32,000 nucleotides of DNA. Origin: an uncultured Eubacteriales bacterium. GTDB taxonomy: Bacteria; Bacillota; Clostridia; Oscillospirales; Oscillospiraceae. Below, one piece after another: positions 25,070-32,000 of this stretch. The notes beneath the pieces were generated by a model, which saw only the letters and a list, made by a program, of their open reading frames with translations, was not told where the DNA came from and did not search any database. Positions within the stretch are counted from its first letter, which is position 1. Each line of letters begins with the position of its first letter. The DNA lies in contig UQGJ01000014.1 in the NCBI GenBank assembly GCA_900540545.1, positions 11,801-43,800 of the forward strand. The letters run 5' to 3'. Made by a program: the position numbers and the translations under genes.

Positions 25070-26068
25070 TTGCCCAAGAAAATCAACGAATACGACTATC
25101 TCAATATCTCCACCCGCATCCACGCCATGGAGACCCGGTTGTTGACGGCCGAGCGGATGGAGCGGATGCTGGACGCCCGCTCCGCCGAGGAGGCCGCCAA
25201 GGTCCTGGCCGAGTGCGGCTATCCCGAATTCGACGACCTGACCCCCGCCGGCATCGAGCGGGTACTGGACCAGGTCCGTCTGGAGACCATGGCCGACCTG
25301 CGCAAGGCGGCCCCCGACCCGGCCATGGTGGACGTGTTCTGCATCCAGTACGACTACCATAACGCCAAGGTCCTGCTGAAGGCCCAGGCCACCGGCCGGG
25401 AGCCGGACGGGCTGTTCATCGACGCGGGGCGCTACCCCGCCCAGCAGCTCCGGGAGGACTTCGCCAAGGACGACCTCCACGGCACCGACACATTCCGCAG
25501 GGCCGTTGCCCAGGCCAGAGAGACCCTGGCCCTCACCGGCGACCCCCAGGCCGCCGACTTCATCCTGGACCGGGCCTACTACGACGAGCTGACCCGGGCC
25601 GCCAGGGACAGCCGCAGCGCCTTCCTGCTGGGCTACGTCCAGCGGTCCATCGACGTGGCAAACCTGCGCTCCGCCGTCCGCTCCGCCCGGATGGGCCGGG
25701 GGGCGGAGTTCCTCCGCCGGGTGCTCATCCCCGGCGGCACGGTGGGGACCGAGTCCCTGGTGGCGGCTGCCACCGGGGCCGGGGACCTGACCGGCGCCGT
25801 GGGCACCGGGCCGCTGACCGCCGCCGCCGAGGCGGGGGGCAAGGCCATGGAGGGGGGCAGTCTCACCCGGTTCGAAAAACTCTGCGACGACGCCCTCACC
25901 GCCTATCTGGCGGGGGCCAAGAGCGTCCCCTTCGGGGAGCATCCCCTCATCGGCTACCTCTACGCCCGGCAGGCGGAGCTGACCGCCATCCGCATCATCC
26001 TCACCGGGCGCATGGCGGGGCTGGACACGGACACCATCCGGGAAAGGCTGCGTGAGAGCTATGTCTGA
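25070..26068 (+). CDS. ntpC: V-type ATPase subunit C (d-subunit homologue), TTG start
   Basis: TTG at 25070 lies 8 nt after AAAGGAGG. The 332-aa product (LPKKINEYDYLNISTRIHAMETRLLT...) has typical size and operon position. Confidence 0.88.
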   Translation: MPKKINEYDYLNISTRIHAMETRLLTAERMERMLDARSAEEAAKVLAECGYPEFDDLTPAGIERVLDQVRLETMADLRKAAPDPAMVDVFCIQYDYHNAKVLLKAQATGREPDGLFIDAGRYPAQQLREDFAKDDLHGTDTFRRAVAQARETLALTGDPQAADFILDRAYYDELTRAARDSRSAFLLGYVQRSIDVANLRSAVRSARMGRGAEFLRRVLIPGGTVGTESLVAAATGAGDLTGAVGTGPLTAAAEAGGKAMEGGSLTRFEKLCDDALTAYLAGAKSVPFGEHPLIGYLYARQAELTAIRIILTGRMAGLDTDTIRERLRESYV

Positions 26069-26381
26069 GCTGAACTACCACATCGCCGTGGTGGGGGACC
26101 AGGCCAGCGTCCTGGGCTTCAAGGCCCTGGGGCTGGACGTGTACCCCGCCGAGACGGTGGACGAGGCCCGGGAGACCCTCCACCGGCTTGCCAAGGAGGA
26201 CGTGGCCATCGTCTACCTCACCGAACAGCTGGCCCAGGGCCTGCAGCCGGAGATCGAGCGGTACAAGGACGCCCTGACCCCGGCCATCATCCTCATCCCC
26301 GGCAAGGGAGGCAGCCTGGGCATCGGCATGGACAACGTGAAAAAGTCCGTGGAGCGCGCCGTGGGCGCGGATATCCTCTAG
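26061..26381 (+). CDS. V-type ATPase subunit F (alternative GTG start at 26052)
   Basis: 106 aa with IAVVGDQASVLGFKALGLDVYP...AIILIPG, the typical F-subunit pattern. Confidence 0.88.
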   Translation: MSELNYHIAVVGDQASVLGFKALGLDVYPAETVDEARETLHRLAKEDVAIVYLTEQLAQGLQPEIERYKDALTPAIILIPGKGGSLGIGMDNVKKSVERAVGADIL

Positions 26382-26500
26382 CCGCGTCGATTTTCTGCGG
26401 AAAATCTCTGCCGCTGTGCGGCAGGGACGCGGCTTCTAGGGGGAACCAGTTCCCCCTAGATACGGGCCTTTGGCCCGATACCCTCTCCGCTCTCCGAGGG
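26381..26500 (+). repeat. Dense hairpin cluster in the F-A intergenic spacer
   Basis: An outer stem 26381-26388/26426-26433 encloses hairpins 26389-26406 and 26408-26424. Further hairpins follow at 26436-26459, 26463-26477 and 26481-26500. Confidence 0.6.
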
Positions 26501-26542
26501 GGTAGGAAATAAGCGAAATCACCCGAAAGAAGGTTGATACGT

Positions 26543-28318
26543 TTGAGCAGCGGAAAGATCGTAAAAGTCTCCGGGCCGCTGGTCGTCGCCACCGGACTGG
26601 CCGACGCCAACATGGCCGACGTGGTCCGCGTGGGCGAGCAGCGCCTCATTGGCGAGATTTTGACCATGAACGGCGACTCCGCCTCCATCCAGGTCTATGA
26701 GGAGACCTCCGGCCTGGGCCCCGGCGCGGCGGTGGAGACCACCGGCTCCCCCCTGTCCGTGGAGCTGGGCCCCGGCCTCATCGAGAACATCTACGACGGC
26801 ATCCAGCGCCCCCTGGAGAAAATCATGGAGGTGGCCGGGTCCACCATCACCCGCGGCATTGAGCTGCCCGCCCTGGACCACACCAAGCAGTGGGACTTCA
26901 CCCCCACCGTCCAGGCCGGCGACAAGGTCTCCGGCGGCGACGTCATCGGCACCGTGCCCGAGACCGTCTCCGTGCTCCACAAAATCATGGTGCCCCCCAA
27001 GATGAGCGGCACCATCGAGTCCATCCAGTCCGGCTCCTTCACCGTGCTGGATACCGTGGCCACCCTGCGGCTGGACAACGGGGACGTGGTCCCCCTGACC
27101 ATGGTGCAGAAGTGGCCCGTCCGCGTGGGCCGGCCCTACAAGCACAAATATCCCCCCAAGACCCCCCTGCTGTCCGGCCAGCGCATCGTGGACGCCCTGT
27201 TCCCCATCGCCAAGGGCGGCACCGCCGCCATCCCCGGCCCCTTCGGCTCCGGCAAGACCGTCATGCAGCACCAGCTGGCAAAGTGGTCCGACGTGGACAT
27301 CGTCATCTACATCGGCTGCGGCGAGCGCGGCAACGAGATGACCGACGTGCTCCGGGAGTTCCCCGAGCTGGTGGACCCCCGAAACGGCGAGCCGCTGATG
27401 AAGCGGACCGTCCTCATCGCCAACACCTCCGACATGCCCGTGGCCGCCCGTGAGGCGTCCATCTACACCGGCATCACCATCGCCGAGTATTTCCGCGACA
27501 TGGGCTACGACGTGGCCGTCATCGCCGACTCCACCTCCCGCTGGGCCGAGGCCCTCCGCGAGATGTCCGGCCGTCTGGAGGAGATGCCCGGCGAGGAGGG
27601 CTACCCCGCCTATCTGGCCTCCCGTCTGGCCCAGTTCTACGAGCGGGCCGGCTCCGTGGAGTGCATCACCAGCCAGGGCGACCGCCGCGGCAGCCTGACC
27701 GCCGTGGGCGCGGTCTCCCCTCCGGGCGGCGACCTGTCCGAGCCGGTGAGCCAGGCCACCATGCGCATCGTCAAGGTGTTCTGGGCCCTGGACGCCTCCC
27801 TGGCCTACCGCCGCCACTTCCCCGCCATCAACTGGCTGAATTCCTATTCCCTCTACCTGGACTCTCTGAAGCCCTGGTACGACGAGAATCTGGGCAAGCA
27901 GTTCATGGTCAACCGCGACAAGGCCATGAGCATCCTCCAGGAGGAGGCCAGCCTGAACGAGATCGTCCAGCTGGTTGGCAAGGACTCCCTGTCCCCCAAC
28001 GACCAACTCACCCTGGAGACGGCCAAGATGCTCCGGGAGGACTTCCTCCAGCAGAACGGCTTCATGGAGGTGGACTGGTACTCCAGCTATGAGCGCCAGG
28101 ACAAGATGCTGGAGATGATTTTGGACTACGACAAGCTCTGCCGCGCCGCCATCGCCAAGGGCGCCAACGCCAACGACCTGTTCGCCATCCCCTTCCGGGA
28201 GAAGATGGGTCGGGCCAAGAGCGTGCCAGACAACGATTTCCCCGCCGTTTACGCCGATATGGCCCGGGAAATGGCCGAGCAGATCGACGAAATCGCGGCA
28301 AAGGGAGGCGAGGACTGA
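26543..28318 (+). CDS. ntpA: V-type ATPase catalytic subunit A (alternative TTG start at 26534)
   Basis: Walker [10 protein letters not shown], plus [27 protein letters not shown]. The RBS GAAGG is 9 nt upstream of the TTG at 26543. Confidence 0.95.
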   Translation: MSSGKIVKVSGPLVVATGLADANMADVVRVGEQRLIGEILTMNGDSASIQVYEETSGLGPGAAVETTGSPLSVELGPGLIENIYDGIQRPLEKIMEVAGSTITRGIELPALDHTKQWDFTPTVQAGDKVSGGDVIGTVPETVSVLHKIMVPPKMSGTIESIQSGSFTVLDTVATLRLDNGDVVPLTMVQKWPVRVGRPYKHKYPPKTPLLSGQRIVDALFPIAKGGTAAIPGPFGSGKTVMQHQLAKWSDVDIVIYIGCGERGNEMTDVLREFPELVDPRNGEPLMKRTVLIANTSDMPVAAREASIYTGITIAEYFRDMGYDVAVIADSTSRWAEALREMSGRLEEMPGEEGYPAYLASRLAQFYERAGSVECITSQGDRRGSLTAVGAVSPPGGDLSEPVSQATMRIVKVFWALDASLAYRRHFPAINWLNSYSLYLDSLKPWYDENLGKQFMVNRDKAMSILQEEASLNEIVQLVGKDSLSPNDQLTLETAKMLREDFLQQNGFMEVDWYSSYERQDKMLEMILDYDKLCRAAIAKGANANDLFAIPFREKMGRAKSVPDNDFPAVYADMAREMAEQIDEIAAKGGED

Positions 28319-29700
28319 TGATTCGAGAGTATAGAACCATTCAAGAGGTCAACGGCCCCCTGATGATGGTCAAAAAGGTGGAGGGCGTCACCTTCGACGA
28401 GCTGGGCGAGATCGAGCTGCCCGACGGCTCCATCCGCCGCTGCAAGGTGCTGGAGGTCAACGGCGACAACGCCGTGGTCCAGCTCTTCGAGCCATCCGCG
28501 GGCATCAATCTGGCCGAGTCCAAGATCCGGTTCCTGGGCCACCCCCTCCAGCTGGGCGTGTCCGGCGACATGCTGGGCCGGGTCTTCAACGGCATGGGCC
28601 AGCCCATCGACGGCGGCCCCGCCATTCTGGCCGAGGAGTTCCGGGACATCAACGGTCTGGCCATGAACCCCGCCGCCCGGGACTACCCCAACGAGTTCAT
28701 CCAGACCGGCGTGTCCACCATCGACGGCCTGAACACCCTGGTCCGCGGTCAGAAGCTGCCCATCTTCTCCGGCTCCGGCCTGCCCCACGCGGCCCTGGCC
28801 GCCCAGATCGCCCGCCAAGCCAAGGTGCTGGGCGACGACGCGGGCAACTTCGCCGTGGTCTTTGCCGCCATCGGCATCACCTTCGAGGAGTCCGACTTCT
28901 TCATCCAGGACTTCCGCCGTACCGGGGCCATCGACCGCACCGTGCTGTTCACCAACCTGGCAAACGACCCGGCCGTGGAGCGCATCGCCACCCCCCGTAT
29001 GGCCCTGACTGCCGCCGAGTATCTGGCCTTTGAGAAGGGCATGCACGTGCTGGTCATCCTCACCGACATCACCAACTACGCCGAGGCCCTCCGCGAGGTC
29101 TCCGCCGCCAAGAAGGAAGTCCCCGGCCGCCGGGGCTACCCGGGCTACCTGTACACCGACCTTGCCACCATGTACGAGCGGGCTGGCCGCCGCCTGGGCT
29201 CCCCCGGCTCCATCACCATGATCCCCATCCTGACCATGCCGGAGGACGACAAGACCCACCCCATCCCCGACCTCACCGGCTATATCACGGAGGGCCAGAT
29301 TATCCTGTCCCGGGAGCTGTACCGCAAGGGCATCAATCCCCCCGTGGACGTGCTGCCCAGCCTGTCCCGTCTGAAGGACAAGGGCACCGGCGTGGGCAAG
29401 ACCCGGGAGGACCACGCAGGCACCATGAACCAGCTCTTCGCCGCCTACGCCACCGGCAAGGAGAACAAGGAGCTGATGAGCATTTTGGGCGAGGCCGCCC
29501 TGAGCCCCACCGACCTGCTCTACGCCAAGTTCGCCGACGAGTTTGAAAAGCGTTATGTGAACCAGGGGACCGAGGAGAACCGCTCTATCATCGAGACGCT
29601 GGACCTGGGCTGGGAGCTGCTCTCCATCCTACCCACCAGCGAGCTCAAGCGGATCAAGCCGGAAATGATCGAGAAGTACCTCCCGAAAAAGGAGGGGTAA
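28318..29700 (+). CDS. ntpB: V-type ATPase subunit B
   Basis: 460 aa with [40 protein letters not shown]. Its ATG overlaps the TGA of subunit A. Confidence 0.95.
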   Translation: MIREYRTIQEVNGPLMMVKKVEGVTFDELGEIELPDGSIRRCKVLEVNGDNAVVQLFEPSAGINLAESKIRFLGHPLQLGVSGDMLGRVFNGMGQPIDGGPAILAEEFRDINGLAMNPAARDYPNEFIQTGVSTIDGLNTLVRGQKLPIFSGSGLPHAALAAQIARQAKVLGDDAGNFAVVFAAIGITFEESDFFIQDFRRTGAIDRTVLFTNLANDPAVERIATPRMALTAAEYLAFEKGMHVLVILTDITNYAEALREVSAAKKEVPGRRGYPGYLYTDLATMYERAGRRLGSPGSITMIPILTMPEDDKTHPIPDLTGYITEGQIILSRELYRKGINPPVDVLPSLSRLKDKGTGVGKTREDHAGTMNQLFAAYATGKENKELMSILGEAALSPTDLLYAKFADEFEKRYVNQGTEENRSIIETLDLGWELLSILPTSELKRIKPEMIEKYLPKKEG

Positions 29701-29703
29701 ATC

Positions 29704-30408
29704 ATGCCGGCCATCAACGTAAACCCCACCAGAATGGAGCTGACCCGGCTCAAGGGCCGGCTGAAAACGGCCCGCCGGGGCCACAAGCTCCTGAAGGATA
29801 AGCGCGACGAGCTGATGAAGCAGTTCCTGGAGGTGGTCCGGGAGAACCGGGCCCTCCGGGCAAAGGTGGAGCAGGGCCTCATGCAGGCCCACGGCTCTTT
29901 TACCGTGGCGTCGGCACTTATGTCAACCGAAATGCTGGAACAGGCCCTGATGTACCCCAAGCAGTCTGTGGAGCTGACCATGAGTTTCCAGAACATCATG
30001 TCGGTGAACGTGCCGGAGTACCACTTCAAGACCAAGAACGACGACCCCGGCGACGTGTACCCCTACGGCTTCGCCGCCACCAGCGGCGCCCTGGACGACG
30101 CGGTGGACGCATTGAGCCAGGTGTTCCGGGATATGCTGCGTCTGGCCGAGGTGGAAAAGACCTCCCAGCTCTTAGCCGAGGAGATCGAAAAGACCCGCCG
30201 CCGCGTCAACGCCCTGGAGTACGTGAAAATCCCCCAGATGGAGGAGTCCATCAAGTATATCTCCATGAAGCTGGACGAAAACGAGCGGTCCGCGACCATT
30301 CGTCTGATGAAGGTCAAGGATATGCTCCTCAAGCAGGCCATCGAGGAGGAACACCGCCGGGACCAGGAGGCCCTGGAGGCGTTCAAGGCCAACCAGCAGG
30401 AAGTGTAA
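29704..30408 (+). CDS. ntpD: V-type ATPase subunit D (central stalk)
   Basis: 234 aa with NPTRMELTRLKGRLKTARRGHKLLKDKRDEL, a hallmark N-terminus. Confidence 0.93.
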   Translation: MPAINVNPTRMELTRLKGRLKTARRGHKLLKDKRDELMKQFLEVVRENRALRAKVEQGLMQAHGSFTVASALMSTEMLEQALMYPKQSVELTMSFQNIMSVNVPEYHFKTKNDDPGDVYPYGFAATSGALDDAVDALSQVFRDMLRLAEVEKTSQLLAEEIEKTRRRVNALEYVKIPQMEESIKYISMKLDENERSATIRLMKVKDMLLKQAIEEEHRRDQEALEAFKANQQEV

Positions 30409-30410
30409 CA

Positions 30411-30446
30411 AAAAGGCGGACCCTCAATCGAGGGTCCGCCTTTTTT
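30411..30446. terminator. Bidirectional Rho-independent terminator
   Basis: AAAA-GGCGGACCCTC-AATC-GAGGGTCCGCC-TTTTTT. It ends the V-ATPase operon. The stop codon of the convergent RHH gene lies inside the stem. Confidence 0.85.
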
Positions 30447-30597
30447 CGTATTTCTTCAACAGGTCCTCAATGGCCTCGTCTAGGAGACGGGATTTGGGGA
30501 CGCGGGTCTCAACCGAAAGCTGAGTAAACAGCGGTACTAATTCATTTTTGAGAGAAGAAACAAACTTCGTCCGATTTACCAATTGCGCTTCGCCCAT
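30424..30597 (-). CDS. Small ribbon-helix-helix (CopG/Arc-like) protein, 57 aa
   Basis: Below the ORF-track size cut-off. Reverse-complement translation gives MGEAQLVNRTKFVSSLKNELVPLFTQLSVETRVPKSRLLDEAIEDLLKKYEKRRTLD, with a beta-strand followed by the RHH helix pattern (SRLLDEAI). RBS-like GGTGGTG. Low GC. Confidence 0.55.
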   Translation of the reverse strand: MGEAQLVNRTKFVSSLKNELVPLFTQLSVETRVPKSRLLDEAIEDLLKKYEKRRTLD

Positions 30598-30707
30598 ATT
30601 GTCACCACCTATATACTATATAGTCACTATATCATAACCACTTTTTTGCAACAAGTGGTTTACAAGTGGTACATACATGGTATATACTAAGTACAGAGGT
30701 GATATAC
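30598..30707. promoter_or_regulatory. Divergent AT-rich control region with repeated operator-like motifs
   Basis: TATATACTA occurs twice (about 30611 and 30682). There is an inverted repeat CCACTT-N9-AAGTGG and a direct repeat CAAGTGG...CAAGTGG. Confidence 0.4.
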
Positions 30708-30875
30708 ATGGAAGAGAAAAAGACCTGTGAGACTTGCTCGCACTTTTTCCTGCACTACGTCAAGTGGGGGAAAAAGGATTTCAGGCCGGTTCGGATGGGG
30801 CATTGTGGGACGCCTAGGATTCGCAGTAAAACCATGGACACCCCCGCCTGCCGGTGGTATCAAGAGAGGACGTAG
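30708..30875 (+). CDS. Small Cys/His-rich hypothetical protein (55 aa, possible zinc ribbon)
   Basis: ATG at 30708 with RBS AGAGGTG. Product MEEKKTCETCSHFFLHYVKWGKKDFRPVRMGHCGTPRIRSKTMDTPACRWYQERT has CxxC...HC...C. Low GC. Confidence 0.5.
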   Translation: MEEKKTCETCSHFFLHYVKWGKKDFRPVRMGHCGTPRIRSKTMDTPACRWYQERT

Positions 30876-31190
30876 GGACAAGGGCGCGGCCCCTGCCGGG
30901 GGCGTTCCTTTCTCATTTGAGAAAGGAACCGAAAGAAAACCAGGGGGATGACACGGGGAACTTTGTTCCCCTATCGTCATCCCCCTGGACCCCGGGAACG
31001 TCCTGGCGGCGGTACGGTTTTCGGGGGCTGGCAAGACTTGAGAGCTGTTGCAGCTCGGATTGGTCTGGCGCTGGAACAACTCCGGCTGCCGCCCATCGGC
31101 ATATGACCTGGCAAGATTTGTGAGCAGTTGCGTTTTTCTTGGTGCAAACAAGCCGCCACCAGTCTCAGAGTCCCCCGTCCCCCGCAGGGA
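30876..31190 (+). repeat. Copy C of the hairpin-mosaic repeat family (left end plus core only)
   Basis: It starts about 8 nt after the stop codon, as copy A does (GGCCCCTGCCGGGGGCG). It has a 12-bp palindrome at 30904-30929, a two-tier hairpin at 30943-30985, and a core collinear with A 590-775. Confidence 0.8.
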
Positions 31191-31257
31191 CCCATCCCAC
31201 TGGACGCGATCCCCCTATCTGTGGTATACTGACCCTACCAAAAAGGAGGCGACGACT

Positions 31258-32000
31258 ATGGAGACCATCGCGCAAGTGAAAGAGCGGCTGTCCAGGCTGT
31301 CCAGAGCCCAGCTGGGCTTCTTCCCCACGCCGCTGCACAAGGCGGAAAACCTGTCCAAAGAGTTGGGCATCGACCTGTGGTTCAAGCGGGACGACCTCAC
31401 CGGCATCGGCCTGTTCGGGGGCAACAAGGTGCGCAAGCTGGAGTACGTGCTGGGGCAGGCCAAGGCCCTGGGGTGCGACACCGTGGTGAGCTACGGGGCC
31501 AGCCAGTCCAATTGCGCCATGCAGGTGGCCACCGGCTGCCGCCGGCTTGGGATGAAGCCCGTCCTCTACCTCACCGAGCTGGTGGAAGCCACCCAACTGC
31601 GGGCCAACCTGCTGCTGGACCACATCCTGGACGCGGAGGTCCATCTGGTGCCCCTGAACGGCATGACCGAGGACGAGGGGGACGCCGAGGCCGTGCGGCT
31701 GGGCCGGGAGCATATGGCCCGGCTGGAGGCCGAGGGCCACAAGTGCTACGAGGTCCCCATGGGGGCCGCCGAGCCCCTGGGCTCCGCCGGGTTCATCGGC
31801 GGATGGGCCGAGCTGCTGGAGCAGATGGAGGCCCAGGGCGTCAAAGCGGACATCCTCTTCCACGGCACGGGCACCGGCGGGACCCTGGCCGGACTCACCG
31901 CCGGGCGGGTCCTGATGGGCGGGCCGGAGATCGTGGCCATCAACGTCAGCCCCAAGGGGCCGGAATACCTGGACAAGGTGGCCGCCCTGGGCACCGAGGC
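31258..32000 (+). CDS. PLP-dependent D-cysteine desulfhydrase / ACC deaminase-family protein, 5' part (runs off the window end)
   Basis: ATG at 31258 with AAAGGAGG RBS. Product METIAQVKERL...FFPTPLHKAENLSKELGIDLWFKRDDLTGIGLFGGNKVRKLEYVL carries the GGNK.RKLE PLP-lysine motif. Extended -10 TGGTATACT at 31222-31230. Confidence 0.88.
   Translation, partial: METIAQVKERLSRLSRAQLGFFPTPLHKAENLSKELGIDLWFKRDDLTGIGLFGGNKVRKLEYVLGQAKALGCDTVVSYGASQSNCAMQVATGCRRLGMKPVLYLTELVEATQLRANLLLDHILDAEVHLVPLNGMTEDEGDAEAVRLGREHMARLEAEGHKCYEVPMGAAEPLGSAGFIGGWAELLEQMEAQGVKADILFHGTGTGGTLAGLTAGRVLMGGPEIVAINVSPKGPEYLDKVAALGTE

Overview
High-GC (over 60% by eye) Clostridia-like chromosome segment. The taxonomic guess is inference only and rests on yaaL-bofA, an SLH protein and an ntp-type V-ATPase operon. 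From 1.8 to 17.1 kb there is one minus-strand gene train: a lipoprotein, a LUD-domain protein, a YitT membrane protein and a type IIA topoisomerase. The topoisomerase B (15151-17133) and A (4559-6802) subunit genes are split by an 8.3-kb cassette. That cassette encodes an orphan Y1/HUH (IS200/RayT-like) transposase homologue and four signal-peptide proteins sharing a copper-amine-oxidase-N-like 'stalk' domain. Three of the four also have a DUF1266-like C-terminus, and one has six acidic/aromatic tandem repeats. The right half (+ strand) carries yaaL, bofA, an SLH protein, MarR, a DUF4015-like membrane protein and a complete nine-gene V/A-ATPase operon (G/H-I-K-E-C-F-A-B-D). It ends with a low-GC RHH plus Cys-rich mini-module and the 5' part of a D-cysteine desulfhydrase/ACC-deaminase-family gene. 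There is one tRNA-Gly(GCC) with a consensus promoter, followed by two partial tRNA copies. The most unusual feature is a non-coding hairpin-mosaic repeat family in three copies (464-1300, 18881-19556 inverted, 30876-31190). It has terminal inverted repeats, stems kept by compensatory changes between copies, and GTAG-headed REP/BIME-like hairpin doublets, and it sits in the same window as the RayT-like gene. All coordinates and identities were worked out by eye; no database search was possible.
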